Assembly: GCA_036310765.1 (NCBI GenBank)
Contig: JAXJRF010000203.1
Location: 1-49,764, forward strand
DNA: 49,764 bases
Origin: Frisingicoccus sp.
Lineage (GTDB): Bacteria; Bacillota; Clostridia; Lachnospirales; Lachnospiraceae
Reading direction: 5' to 3'
The translations under genes were made by a program, and so were the position numbers. The notes below the pieces were generated by a model that was given only the letters and a program-made list of their open reading frames with translations, had not been told where the DNA came from and ran no database searches. Of the stretch, positions 22,668-32,989 are shown in pieces; the first letter of the stretch is position 1, and the number at the start of each line of letters is the position of its first letter.

Positions 22668-23513
22668 ATGGACGTAAAAAAATTCATTACTCTTCGCAAT
22701 GGCGTTGAGATGCAGGGTATTGGTTTCGGAACATGGAAATCTGCAGATGGACAGGCTGCTTATGACAGTGTCATTGAAGCGATCAAAGCCGGATATCGTC
22801 ATATCGACACAGCAACACTTTATAAAAATGAAGCCAGTGTTGGTAAAGCAGTAAATGAATGCGGTCTGAAACGTGAAGAAATTTTTGTCACAAGCAAAGT
22901 ATGGAACAGAAGTCGTGGCTATGATAAAACAATGGCTGCTTTTGAAAAAACATTAAGTGTTATGGGACTTGACTATCTTGATCTCTACTTAATCCACTGG
23001 CCTGCAATTCCAGCTCAGTTTGAAGACTGGAACGACATTAACTTAAGCACATGGAAAGCACTTACAGAGCTTTATAAAGCTGGTAAGATCAAAGCAATCG
23101 GTACAGCAAACTTCTTCCCACAGCATCTTGAATCTTTGATGCAGACAGAAGTTCAGCCGATGATCAACCAGATTGAATATCACCCTGGCTATACACAGGA
23201 CGAAGTTGTTAAATATTGTCAGGCCAACGGTATCGTTGTTCAGGGCTGGAGCCCTCTTGGCAATGGTGCAGTTCTTAACGACGCATTCTTAGGTGAGATG
23301 GCTGCCAAATATGGTAAGAGCGTTGCTCAGATCTGTTTAAGATTTGCTGTTCAGAACGGTATTGTTCCTCTGCCAAAATCTGTTACACCTTCTCGTATTG
23401 CATCCAACCTTGATATCTATGACTTCGAAATCTCCGAAGCAGATATGAAAGCAATCGCTGCAATGCCTGAAACAGGATTCTCCGGATGGAATCCAAACGA
23501 AGTTGATTTCTAA
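22668..23513 (+). CDS. Aldo/keto reductase (2,5-DKG reductase-like)
   Basis: GFGTW, GYRHIDTA, YLDLYLIHWP, NQIEYHP, LPKS. Confidence 0.93.
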   Translation: MDVKKFITLRNGVEMQGIGFGTWKSADGQAAYDSVIEAIKAGYRHIDTATLYKNEASVGKAVNECGLKREEIFVTSKVWNRSRGYDKTMAAFEKTLSVMGLDYLDLYLIHWPAIPAQFEDWNDINLSTWKALTELYKAGKIKAIGTANFFPQHLESLMQTEVQPMINQIEYHPGYTQDEVVKYCQANGIVVQGWSPLGNGAVLNDAFLGEMAAKYGKSVAQICLRFAVQNGIVPLPKSVTPSRIASNLDIYDFEISEADMKAIAAMPETGFSGWNPNEVDF

Positions 23514-23524
23514 AAATTAAAATT

Positions 23525-23553
23525 GCCCTCTGTCGATTGACAGAGGGCTGTTT
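23525..23553. terminator. Terminator between convergent genes
   Basis: GCCCTCTGTC-gatt-GACAGAGGGC followed by TGTTTT. Confidence 0.8.
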
Positions 23554-23577
23554 TGTGTTTTATATACAAATATTGTC

Positions 23578-23973
23578 TTATTTGTTTAATTTCTTAGCAG
23601 CTTTTGCTTCAATGGCTGCCTTTGGAGCATAAGCTCTTACATGGGTACCTGTAGCAATGACACCAGCTTCATCCACAGCTTCAAAAGAAAATTCAACCAA
23701 CTTGCCGACCTTTTCGACCTTAGCTGTACAGGATACTTTCATTCCAACTGGAGTTGGTGAGGAATGGTTGATACTCAAGGTTACACCAACACTCACTTCG
23801 CCTTCACCGCATGCCGGTTTCATAATCTCCAGACATGTTTTTTCAGCTAAAGCGACAAGTACAGGTGTACCGTAAACTGCAGGTGTGCCTTCTGCGATAC
23901 TTGCAGCTGTCTTATCAAATGTAACTTCCTCTTCACATGTATTTGTCATTCCTAATATCTGTTCTTTTTCCAT
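23578..23973 (-). CDS. Hotdog-fold thioesterase (FlK-like)
   Basis: VYGTPVLVALAE, SVG...H..PTPVG, GTHVR pattern. Confidence 0.8.
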   Translation of the reverse strand: MEKEQILGMTNTCEEEVTFDKTAASIAEGTPAVYGTPVLVALAEKTCLEIMKPACGEGEVSVGVTLSINHSSPTPVGMKVSCTAKVEKVGKLVEFSFEAVDEAGVIATGTHVRAYAPKAAIEAKAAKKLNK

Positions 23974-24024
23974 AATTTCTCCACTTTCCGCAGCCTTCTG
24001 CTTATCAAACTGCTTTATCTAAAA

Positions 24025-24252
24025 TTACTGAATAAACGCTTTTAAAGAATCAAGTAATGCTTCTGGATTTTCACCATGAACCTGAATGTTGATTGGTTTG
24101 CTCAGATCAAGGCTGAAAATACCCATGATGGATTTTGCATCAATAACATAACGTCCGGAAACCAGATCTACATCACCTTCATATAAAGCTACGATACGGT
24201 TAAAATCTTTAACATCTTCAATACTCTGTAATAAAATTGTTGCTTCTTTCAT
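24025..24252 (-). CDS. HPr-family protein lacking His15
   Basis: VIDAKSIMGIFSL (Ser46 motif) present; no GLHARP motif. Confidence 0.85.
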   Translation of the reverse strand: MKEATILLQSIEDVKDFNRIVALYEGDVDLVSGRYVIDAKSIMGIFSLDLSKPINIQVHGENPEALLDSLKAFIQ

Positions 24253-24266
24253 TTTTATTCCTCCTG

Positions 24267-25373
24267 TCAAATCTGAATTAATTCATACTCATCTGTTCCA
24301 ATGCCAAGTTTCTTCGCATGTTCAATACAGCTGTACCAGTTTGTATCCGGGAATACATCTGTAAAATGATCATGATGGGTATGCTCTACTTCATCTAAAA
24401 TACTGCCTTTACAAATCGGCTGTCTGTTGACAGCATCTGCACAGGCTTTATCCAATGCAACCGGATCAAAGGATGCAAACATCCCCACATCCGGAACGAT
24501 CGGAGCATCATTTTCTCCATGGCAGTCACAATACGGTGAAACATCCATAACCAGACTGATATGGAAGGTTGGACGTCCATCAATAACTGCCTTGGCATAT
24601 TCTGCCATCTTGCAATTCAAAATATCGTTGGATTCATCATTCCCCGGTTTCACAGCATCCATCGGACAGACACCGATACATCGGCCGCATCCGACACATT
24701 TATTATGATCAATTGAAGCTTTCTTATCTTCAATTAAAATGGCATCATGGGCACAGACTTTTGTACACATGCCGCAGCCGATACATTTTCTTTCGGACAC
24801 GCGTGGTTTGCCTGCACTGTGCATCTCCATCTTGCCGGCTCTTGATCCGCAGCCCATACCAAGGTTTTTAAGAGCACCGCCAAATCCGGCAGCCTCATGT
24901 CCCTTAAAATGATTCAGGGAAATCACAACATCTGCGTCCATAACCGCCCGGCCGATTTTTGCTTCCTTTACATAAGTCGCACCTTCCACCGGCACAAGGA
25001 CTTCATCCGTACCCTTCAGACCATCTGCAATAATAATATGGCACCCGGTTGAAAACGGTGAAAATCCATTCTCGTAGGCACTTTCCAAATGATCCAGGGC
25101 ATTCTTTCTGCCGCCCACATAAAGGGTATTCGCATCTGTTAGGAAAGGTTTTCCTCCCAGCTCTTTAACATAATCTGCAACTGTTTTTGCATAGTTCGGA
25201 CGAAGATATGCCAGATTTCCCGGTTCTCCAAAGTGAATCTTGATCGCCACATACTTTCTTTCAAAATCTATGGTATCCATTCCGGCAGTTTTCATCAATC
25301 GAACTAATTTTTTCTGAATATTCTCGTGTACAGACGCACGAAAATTGGCAAAATAAACTTTAGATTTCTCCAT
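24267..25373 (-). CDS. DUF362 domain Fe-S protein
   Basis: KIHFGEPGN, HFKGH, KNLGMGC, 2x CxxCxxCxxxC, CDC, DPVALD. Confidence 0.88.
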   Translation of the reverse strand: MEKSKVYFANFRASVHENIQKKLVRLMKTAGMDTIDFERKYVAIKIHFGEPGNLAYLRPNYAKTVADYVKELGGKPFLTDANTLYVGGRKNALDHLESAYENGFSPFSTGCHIIIADGLKGTDEVLVPVEGATYVKEAKIGRAVMDADVVISLNHFKGHEAAGFGGALKNLGMGCGSRAGKMEMHSAGKPRVSERKCIGCGMCTKVCAHDAILIEDKKASIDHNKCVGCGRCIGVCPMDAVKPGNDESNDILNCKMAEYAKAVIDGRPTFHISLVMDVSPYCDCHGENDAPIVPDVGMFASFDPVALDKACADAVNRQPICKGSILDEVEHTHHDHFTDVFPDTNWYSCIEHAKKLGIGTDEYELIQI

Positions 25374-25405
25374 GATCCTACTCCTTAATTTATCCTACTT
25401 CTTCA

Positions 25406-25474
25406 ATTCTAATACGGCTTGAAAAGGCTGTCAATCCATTTCTTCTTGATTTACCGCATCGTAAATGCTATTAT
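25406..25474. promoter_or_regulatory. Back-to-back divergent sigma-A promoters
   Basis: Minus: TTGACA-N17-TAGAAT (25434-25406). Plus: TTGATT-N17-TATTAT (25446-25474). Confidence 0.6.
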
Positions 25475-25520
25475 AAATCTTGTATTTGACTTATTTTTTA
25501 AGACGAAAGGAATATGAATA

Positions 25521-26675
25521 ATGACAGTAAATGAAAAAGCATTAAAACTCCACGAAGAATGGCAGGGAAAGATTGAAACTGTTTCCAAATGCCCGATTAA
25601 AACCCGAGAAGACCTGGCGCTTGCTTACACACCAGGTGTAGCAGAACCATGTAAGGTTATTGCTGAAGATAAAGAAGCTGTCTACACATATACCAGCAAA
25701 GCTAATACGGTTGCTGTTGTCTCCGATGGCTCTGCAGTACTTGGCCTTGGCAATATTGGTGCCTACGCTGCCATGCCGGTTATGGAAGGCAAAGCTGCCC
25801 TGTTCAAAGAATTTGGTAATGTGAACGCCGTTCCTATCTGTCTTGATACACAGGATACAGAAGAAATTATTGAAACCGTAATCCGTATTGCCCCGGCTTT
25901 CGGCGGCATTAACCTAGAAGACATTTCTGCACCACGCTGTTTCGAAATCGAATCCCGTTTGAAAGAAGTTCTGGACATCCCTGTTTTCCACGATGATCAG
26001 CATGGTACAGCTATTGTTGTCCTTGCCGGCATCATGAATGGTCTTCGCCTGACCGGAAAGAAAAAAGAAGAATGTAAAGTTGTTGTCAATGGAGCCGGTT
26101 CTGCCGGTGTGGCAATCACTCGTCTCCTTTTAAATTATGGTTTTAAACATGTTACCATGTGTGACCGATTCGGCATCATCTCCAAAAACTATCCGGACCT
26201 TAACTGGATGCAAAAAGAGATGACCAACTATACGAATCTTGAAAATAAAGAAGGCTCCCTTGCGGACGCCATGAAAGGTGCTGATGTTTTTGTCGGTGTA
26301 TCTGCACCGGGCATTGTCACCGCAGATATGGTAGCCTCCATGAATACCGATGCCATTATGTTCGCTATGGCAAATCCTGTTCCGGAGATCATGCCGGACA
26401 TCGCAAGAGCTGCCGGAGCACGTGTTGTTGGCACCGGACGTTCCGACTTCCCAAATCAGATCAACAATGTCACTGCCTTCCCTGGCATCTTCAAAGGTGC
26501 TCTCGAAGGACGTGCCCGCCAGATCACTGAAGATATGAAACTTGCTGCTGCTACTGCCCTTGCAGGACTTGTAACAGACGAAGAACTGTCGGAAGACTTT
26601 ATCATGCCGGATCCATTTGATCCACGCATTGTTGATGTTGTTGCCAAAGCCGTAAAAGATCACATCGAAAGATAA
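25521..26675 (+). CDS. NAD(P)-dependent malic enzyme
   Basis: AYTPGVA, MPVMEGK, INLEDI, FHDDQHGTA, GAGSAG, TGRSDFPNQINN. Confidence 0.95.
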   Translation: MTVNEKALKLHEEWQGKIETVSKCPIKTREDLALAYTPGVAEPCKVIAEDKEAVYTYTSKANTVAVVSDGSAVLGLGNIGAYAAMPVMEGKAALFKEFGNVNAVPICLDTQDTEEIIETVIRIAPAFGGINLEDISAPRCFEIESRLKEVLDIPVFHDDQHGTAIVVLAGIMNGLRLTGKKKEECKVVVNGAGSAGVAITRLLLNYGFKHVTMCDRFGIISKNYPDLNWMQKEMTNYTNLENKEGSLADAMKGADVFVGVSAPGIVTADMVASMNTDAIMFAMANPVPEIMPDIARAAGARVVGTGRSDFPNQINNVTAFPGIFKGALEGRARQITEDMKLAAATALAGLVTDEELSEDFIMPDPFDPRIVDVVAKAVKDHIER

Positions 26676-26676
26676 T

Positions 26677-27585
26677 ATGATAACCACATATAATGAAGCG
26701 ATTCAGGAGTGGAAAGGCAAGCCCTACCACTCTCTGAATGCCTTTCTTCTTGAAAGATTCGGAGAAAAAATCCATAAAATTGCATTAAACGGCGGATTTA
26801 CCTGTCCCAACCGGGACGGCACTTTGGATACCCGCGGCTGCATTTTCTGCAGTGCTGAAGGTTCAGGTGATTTTGCCATCGATCAACTCCCTGAAGTTTC
26901 CAATGGCAGTCCTTTTATCGCCTATTTCCAGTCTTTCACCAACACCTACGGTTCCCTTGACCGGTTGGAAAGCTGTTATATGGCTGCCATCAATCATCCG
27001 GAAGTGGCTGTTGTTTCCATTGCCACCCGTCCAGACTGCCTTTCCCCAGAAGTCGTGGAGCTGCTGCATCGTTTGAACCAGATAAAACCCATCTGGATTG
27101 AGCTTGGTCTGCAGACTATTCATGAAAATACGGCCGACTTTATTCGCCGCGGCTATTCTCTTGATGTCTTTACTGATGCTGTTTCCCGACTCCATGAGGC
27201 CGGTATAGAAACGATCATTCATACAATTTTAGGATTGCCGGGTGAATCTGCAGAAGATATACTGGAAACCCATCGATTTCTAGCTCATCAGCCTATTCAG
27301 GGAATTAAACTGCAATTGCTTCATGTTTTAAAAGGTACGGATTTAGACGATATCTATCAGACGAATCCTTTTCACATTTTAACTTTGGAAGAATATACAG
27401 ACTTAATTATCCGATGCATCGAACTTCTTCCACCAGATATGGTCATCCACCGTATTACCGGTGACGGTCCAAAACATCTGCTGACCGCTCCCCTCTGGAG
27501 TGGCTACAAAAAACGGGTTCTGAATACCATCCATCATGAATTTAAAGTGCGCGACACCTGGCAGGGACGACTTTACGAACCCTAA
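26677..27585 (+). CDS. TIGR01212-family radical SAM protein (YhcC/YtqA-like)
   Basis: GFTCPNRDG...GCIFC, ATRPDC, ELGLQT, HRITGD. Confidence 0.9.
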   Translation: MITTYNEAIQEWKGKPYHSLNAFLLERFGEKIHKIALNGGFTCPNRDGTLDTRGCIFCSAEGSGDFAIDQLPEVSNGSPFIAYFQSFTNTYGSLDRLESCYMAAINHPEVAVVSIATRPDCLSPEVVELLHRLNQIKPIWIELGLQTIHENTADFIRRGYSLDVFTDAVSRLHEAGIETIIHTILGLPGESAEDILETHRFLAHQPIQGIKLQLLHVLKGTDLDDIYQTNPFHILTLEEYTDLIIRCIELLPPDMVIHRITGDGPKHLLTAPLWSGYKKRVLNTIHHEFKVRDTWQGRLYEP

Positions 27586-27620
27586 TGCCAACGTTCGAAG
27601 TCAAATGAAAGGAATTAATC

Positions 27621-28157
27621 ATGAACGCTGATCCATCCACCTTATATAAATTAATGATTCTGTATATTCTCAACGAATCTGAGTTTCCATTAACCAATTC
27701 TCAGGTTTGCGAATTTCTGCTGGAAAAAGGCTATACGACCTATTTTACAACACAGGCAACGATTTCCGATCTGATCGAAGCTCAGTTTATCTCTGTCAAA
27801 CAGAAGAACAACAATTCTTACTATCAGCTGACCACATCTGGAAAAGAAACTTTAGAGGCATTTTCTTCTTCAATTTCCGATGGAATCAAAGCGGATGTTC
27901 AGGCTTTTCTGGAAGATAAACATTATATGCTGCGTCAGAGCAACGAAATCACAGCCACCTACCTCCCAAAAAAGAATCAGGAATATGAAGTGGATCTCAC
28001 TTTGAAGGACGGTAAAGAACCTTTGATCCGACTTCAGTTAAGCGTCTCAAGTGAACTTCAGGCAGAACTCATCTGCGATCACTGGTCAAAGAAAAGTACC
28101 GATATCTATAATTATCTTTTAAACACTCTACTTACGAAAAATACAGATAAAAGCTGA
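27621..28157 (+). CDS. DUF4364 family protein (winged-helix-like)
   Basis: LYKLMILYIL...PLTNSQ...YTTYF pattern recalled for this Clostridia family. Confidence 0.75.
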   Translation: MNADPSTLYKLMILYILNESEFPLTNSQVCEFLLEKGYTTYFTTQATISDLIEAQFISVKQKNNNSYYQLTTSGKETLEAFSSSISDGIKADVQAFLEDKHYMLRQSNEITATYLPKKNQEYEVDLTLKDGKEPLIRLQLSVSSELQAELICDHWSKKSTDIYNYLLNTLLTKNTDKS

Positions 28158-28160
28158 TAC

Positions 28161-28198
28161 AAAAAATCCGAGAGCCTTAAAAACTCCCGGATTTTCTT
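28161..28198. terminator. Bidirectional terminator
   Basis: AAAATCCG...CGGATTTT inverted repeat between convergent genes. Confidence 0.65.
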
Positions 28199-28216
28199 AT
28201 TATAGGATGGATCCTG

Positions 28217-29818
28217 TTACCGATCCCATTTATCACACAAATTATTGATCTGATCTGCAAACTTGGCAAGATCTTTATTTGCACCGCCCTCATTATGCTG
28301 AATAACGATCATCAAACGGCGTCCTGCAGCCACCAGACGTTCAAATACAGAACTTGCTTTTCGTGCTGCGGCCTTTTTCGACTTACGGATCGGTGCTGCC
28401 TCAACCACGCAGCTGTTATCCAGCAGGTCAAAGCTGGTGCCACTGTATGGTGCCACCGCATCATATCCATATTCACGTTTCAGACAGTCGGTAAAACTGT
28501 CACATACGCCGGCCTCACCATGAACGACGAATACACGCTCCGGTTTCTGTTTGAATCCCTGAAGCCATCGGATCAATCCCTGTTTGTCTGCATGACCGCT
28601 GATTCCTGCCAACTGTTCAATCTTGGCATGAACCTCGATCGTTTCGCCAAAGAGACGTACTTCCTGGGCACCTTCAACAAGAGCTCGTCCAAGCGTACCG
28701 TTGGCCTGATATCCAACGAACAAAATCGTACACTCCGGTCTCCAGAGATTGTGTTTCAAATGGTGACGGATACGTCCCGCTTCACACATACCGGAGGCAG
28801 ATATGATCACCTTCGGCCTTGCATCAAAGTTAATCGCTCTGGAATCATCACTGGTGACGGATGTTTTCAATCCCGGGAAAGTGATCGGATTAATTCCCTG
28901 ATTTACCAGACGCATCGCTTCTTCGTCAAAACATTCGTATATATTCTGGTTAAAAATCGTTGTTGCCTCAATCGCCAGCGGACTGTCCACATAAACCTCA
29001 AAATTATCATGACCCTTGATTCGATTCTCCGCCTTAATCTGACGGATAAAATAAAGCATCTCCTGGGTACGTCCCACTGCAAAGGATGGAATGACCACAT
29101 TACCTCCCTTATCAAAGGTCTCCTGAATAATACGGGTAAGCTCTTCCACATAATCCGGACGAACCTGTCCATGTGAACGATCACCGTAGGTGGACTCGAT
29201 CACCACAAAATCCGCCTCTTCCACAATAGATGGATCTTTGATCAATGGCTGATCCACATTACCCACATCACCAGAGAATACGATCTTCTTCTGATTGCCA
29301 TTTTCATTCATCCATATCTCTATACAGGAGGATCCAAGCAAATGTCCCACGTCGGTGAAACGTATCCGAATTCCCGAACATACATCAATCATCTTGCTGT
29401 AATCACAGCCGACAAAATGGGTCAGTACCCCTTCTGCATCCGCCATGCTGTAAAGCGGTACAACCTCTGGCTTTCCGGCTCTCCGTCCCTTTCTGTTCTT
29501 CCATTCTGCCTCAAATTCCTGAATATGGGCACTGTCTCGGAGCATAATCTCACAGAGCTGCTTCGTAGCCTGTGTTGCAAACACCGTTCCCCGGAATCCT
29601 TCAGCGTATAATAATGGCAGTAAACCAGAATGATCTATATGGGCATGGGTCAGAAAAACATAATCAATTTCAGCGGCCGCAGCGGCTACCGGCTGATTCT
29701 CGAAAAAGTCTTCCCCCTGCTCCATTCCATAATCAATAAAAATCTTTTTTCCACATACTTCAAGAAAATGGCAACTGCCAGTGACCTCATGGGCAGCTCC
29801 AGAAAATGTCAAACGCAT
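28217..29818 (-). CDS. Metallo-beta-lactamase / beta-CASP ribonuclease
   Basis: THAHIDHSG, GHLLGS, ESTYG, FAVGRTQE, SGHAD, VHGE. Confidence 0.92.
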   Translation of the reverse strand: MRLTFSGAAHEVTGSCHFLEVCGKKIFIDYGMEQGEDFFENQPVAAAAAEIDYVFLTHAHIDHSGLLPLLYAEGFRGTVFATQATKQLCEIMLRDSAHIQEFEAEWKNRKGRRAGKPEVVPLYSMADAEGVLTHFVGCDYSKMIDVCSGIRIRFTDVGHLLGSSCIEIWMNENGNQKKIVFSGDVGNVDQPLIKDPSIVEEADFVVIESTYGDRSHGQVRPDYVEELTRIIQETFDKGGNVVIPSFAVGRTQEMLYFIRQIKAENRIKGHDNFEVYVDSPLAIEATTIFNQNIYECFDEEAMRLVNQGINPITFPGLKTSVTSDDSRAINFDARPKVIISASGMCEAGRIRHHLKHNLWRPECTILFVGYQANGTLGRALVEGAQEVRLFGETIEVHAKIEQLAGISGHADKQGLIRWLQGFKQKPERVFVVHGEAGVCDSFTDCLKREYGYDAVAPYSGTSFDLLDNSCVVEAAPIRKSKKAAARKASSVFERLVAAGRRLMIVIQHNEGGANKDLAKFADQINNLCDKWDR

Positions 29819-29825
29819 AAAAATA

Positions 29826-29862
29826 CCCCCATTTCATATTATTATCATATACGAAATGGGGG
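29826..29862 (-). terminator. Terminator-like hairpin after engB that includes the RBS of the next gene
   Basis: CCCCCATTTCGTAT / ATATGAAATGGGGG 14-bp stem followed by TATTTTT and then ATG. Confidence 0.65.
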
Positions 29863-29883
29863 ATAATTACTATAAATTTTTTA

Positions 29884-30483
29884 TTAAATTTCGTAATCTA
29901 GTGCATATTGTTCAATCAATTCCCAGATTTCATCCCTTCCCTGCTTTGTCACAGAAGAGAATGGTATGATTGGTGTTCCCTCCGTCACATTCAGACCTGT
30001 ACGGATCTGTTTCACATGCTTTGGTACCTGACTCCGGTTCAATTTATCCAGTTTTGTCGCAATGATCACCGGATTAAAGCCCTGTTCCACAATCCAACTG
30101 TACATGTGCTTGTCATTTGCAGATGGTTCATGTCGGATGTCGATCAAAAGGAACACAAGGCGCAGCTGTTGTGACGTATGCAGATATCTTTCAATCATCG
30201 TTCCCCATTTGGCTTTAATCGCCTCAGAAACTTTGGCATAGCCATATCCCGGAAGATCGACAAAGTAAATCTCCTGATTGATATTGTAAAAGTTGATCGT
30301 CTGTGTTTTACCCGGCTGCTGGGAAGTTCTCGCATAAGACTTACGGTTCATAAGCCCATTAATAAGAGAGGATTTTCCCACATTGGATTTTCCAGCAAAA
30401 GCTACCTCCGGTAACTGATTTTCCGGTAATTTACTTGTAATTCCACAGACTGTTTCAAGATTAACATTTTTAATAACGTGCAT
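29884..30483 (-). CDS. engB: Ribosome biogenesis GTPase EngB/YihA/YsxC
   Basis: GKSNVGKSS, PGKT, DLPGYG, TKLD; follows lon. Confidence 0.95.
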   Translation of the reverse strand: MHVIKNVNLETVCGITSKLPENQLPEVAFAGKSNVGKSSLINGLMNRKSYARTSQQPGKTQTINFYNINQEIYFVDLPGYGYAKVSEAIKAKWGTMIERYLHTSQQLRLVFLLIDIRHEPSANDKHMYSWIVEQGFNPVIIATKLDKLNRSQVPKHVKQIRTGLNVTEGTPIIPFSSVTKQGRDEIWELIEQYALDYEI

Positions 30484-30493
30484 AAATTCTCCT

Positions 30494-32884
30494 CTACTGT
30501 GCTTCGACAACTTCCGTTTCTGCCTCGTCTGCCCCTTCCGGTTCTGTTTCCATCTCCGGTTTCTCCGGCATATGCACAAGGGCAGTCTTCAAAACGTCAT
30601 CCATCGTCTCCGCATAAACAATTTCCATGCCTTCGTAGATTTCCGGCTCCATCTCATCGATATCTTTCCGATTCTTCGCCGGAACAACAACAGTTTTGAT
30701 TTTTGCAACTTTAGCAGCCAATAATTTTTCTTTCAGACCGCCGATCGGAAGAACACGACCTCTAAGAGTAATTTCTCCGGTCATCGCTACACTCGCTTTG
30801 ACTTCAATACCTGTAATCGCTGAAAGCATCGCTGTCGCCATAGTAACTCCGGCAGAAGGTCCATCCTTTGGAACTGCTCCCTCCGGAATGTGGATATGAA
30901 TATCGTGGGTATCGATAAAGTCTTCTGGAATAAAGTAAGCATCACTCATAGAACGTATGAAACTGATACCCGCATGGGCAGACTCCTTCATGACATCACC
31001 AAGCTGACCTGTCAGTTCAAACTTGCCTTTGCCCGGAAGTACATTGACTTCCACAGAAAGGGTATCTCCACCGACACTTGTCCATGCAAGTCCGCGTACA
31101 ATACCGACTTCATCTTTACTGTTCGCTTCATCAAAGGTATATTTTTCCTTACCAAGATATTTTTCCAAAGTTTTAACACCGATCTTAATCGTCTTCTTGT
31201 CTTCTTCCACAATCTCGCGAGCCGCTTTACGGCAGATATCTCCGATACGGCGTTCCAGATTACGGACACCTGCTTCACGTGTATAGTGGACGATAATCTT
31301 TTCCAGTGCCTTTTCAGTAATTGAGATCTGACTCTTCTTTAAACCATGGATTTTGATCTGTTTCGGAATCAGATGTTCTTTGGCGATATGCATCTTTTCA
31401 TTTTCCGTATAGCTATTAACCTCGATAATCTCCATACGGTCCAGAAGCGGTCTTGGAATCGTTGACAGGGTATTGGCTGTGGCGATAAATAATACCTCAG
31501 ACAAATCTACCGGCAATTCAATATAATTATCGCGGAATTTGGAATTCTGTTCCGAATCCAAAACTTCCAAAAGTGCGGAAAAAACATCGCCTTTATAGTC
31601 ATTGCTTGCCTTATCTACTTCATCCAGCAGCATGACCGGATTCTTTACACCCGCATTTTTAAGGGCGGAAGCAATACGTCCCGGCATAGCACCCACATAA
31701 GTTTTACGATGTCCCCGGATCTCTGCTTCATCACGTACGCCGCCAAGGCTGATCCGTACATATTTCTTATCCAAAGCTCTTGCAACCGAACGGGCAATGG
31801 AGCTCTTACCAGTTCCCGGAGGGCCTACAAGACATACGATCGGAGTTTCACCTTTGCCTGTCAGAAGACGCACCGACAAATATTCGAGAATACGTTCCTT
31901 CACTTTTGTCAGACCATAATGATCTTCGTCCAGAACTTTCTGGGCATTTTTAAGGCTCGTTTTTTCTTCATCCCGTTTATCCCATGGCATGGCAAGCAGG
32001 GTTTCCACATATCCTCGGATCACACCGGCCTCAGATGCCATATTGTTGGAATTACGGAAACGCTGAATCTCCTTAAAAATCTTCTCTTTAACCTCGTCAC
32101 TTGCTTCCAGTTCTTTAAGCTGGGCTTCAAACTGGTCTGCATCATTCTGGGTAGAATCTTCGCCAAGCTCTTCTTTAATGACCTTCATCTGTTCTCTCAG
32201 AATGTATTCTCGCTGATTTTTATCCACTCGTTCCTTCACCTTTGCCTGAATTTCACGAGTCACCTGGATCATTTCAATCTCCCGGTTCATAAACTGAACG
32301 AGTTTTTCATAACGCATCTCCAGATCCACTGCCTCAAGGCAGATCTGGCGCTGCTTGTAATCCATCGGAAGGTTTGTACATAAGTGATCCACCAATTTAA
32401 TCAGGTCTTCCTCCTCCAGGAGCTGTCTTACCAGCTCTGCGCTGAAGTTTGGATTTTGTACGGCATAATTCTCCAGCACTTCGTGAAGATAACGCACATA
32501 GCCCGGAAGCTGTGTCTCATTGATCTCACATATTGTTTTATCATAAACAGTTACCTCTGCTTTTAACATCGGTTCTGTCATTATCAAATTATTTAAATGA
32601 CCTCTGTAAGTTCCTTCCACCATAACACGCAGAGAGTCCTTCGGGAGTTTTACAATCTGTTTAATCTTCGCAACTGTTCCAAATTCATAAAGATCTTCCT
32701 GATTCGGATCTTCAACTTCTGTATCTCTCTGGGTCAAAAGGAAAATGTTCTGGTCTTTCAACATGGCCGATTCAATCGCCATCTTTGATTTATTGCGGCT
32801 CACTTCAAAATGAACAATCATATTCGGCAAAATCGACAATCCTCTTAAAGCAATCACCGGCAGATCCATAATTATATCATTCAT
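30494..32884 (-). CDS. lon: Lon protease
   Basis: LON N-domain, GPPGTGKS, RGHRKTYVGA, PKDGPSAG catalytic Ser, GGLKEK. Confidence 0.97.
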   Translation of the reverse strand: MNDIIMDLPVIALRGLSILPNMIVHFEVSRNKSKMAIESAMLKDQNIFLLTQRDTEVEDPNQEDLYEFGTVAKIKQIVKLPKDSLRVMVEGTYRGHLNNLIMTEPMLKAEVTVYDKTICEINETQLPGYVRYLHEVLENYAVQNPNFSAELVRQLLEEEDLIKLVDHLCTNLPMDYKQRQICLEAVDLEMRYEKLVQFMNREIEMIQVTREIQAKVKERVDKNQREYILREQMKVIKEELGEDSTQNDADQFEAQLKELEASDEVKEKIFKEIQRFRNSNNMASEAGVIRGYVETLLAMPWDKRDEEKTSLKNAQKVLDEDHYGLTKVKERILEYLSVRLLTGKGETPIVCLVGPPGTGKSSIARSVARALDKKYVRISLGGVRDEAEIRGHRKTYVGAMPGRIASALKNAGVKNPVMLLDEVDKASNDYKGDVFSALLEVLDSEQNSKFRDNYIELPVDLSEVLFIATANTLSTIPRPLLDRMEIIEVNSYTENEKMHIAKEHLIPKQIKIHGLKKSQISITEKALEKIIVHYTREAGVRNLERRIGDICRKAAREIVEEDKKTIKIGVKTLEKYLGKEKYTFDEANSKDEVGIVRGLAWTSVGGDTLSVEVNVLPGKGKFELTGQLGDVMKESAHAGISFIRSMSDAYFIPEDFIDTHDIHIHIPEGAVPKDGPSAGVTMATAMLSAITGIEVKASVAMTGEITLRGRVLPIGGLKEKLLAAKVAKIKTVVVPAKNRKDIDEMEPEIYEGMEIVYAETMDDVLKTALVHMPEKPEMETEPEGADEAETEVVEAQ

Positions 32885-32949
32885 CTTTCGTATCTCACTC
32901 CAGTCATGTTTTCCAGAAAATCTCAAAATTTTTCTGAAAATGAATTAAT

Positions 32950-32975
32950 AGGGCTGTACCTAATGGTACAGCCCT
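32950..32975 (-). terminator. Hairpin after clpX
   Basis: AGGGCTGTACC-taat-GGTACAGCCCT perfect stem. Confidence 0.65.
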
Positions 32976-32989
32976 CAAACTTCAGTCAC

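Noticed and set aside
26860..26930. Apparently short segment after GSGDFA in the TIGR01212 protein
   Set aside because: Frame and all cysteine motifs are intact; a length difference cannot be established without an alignment.
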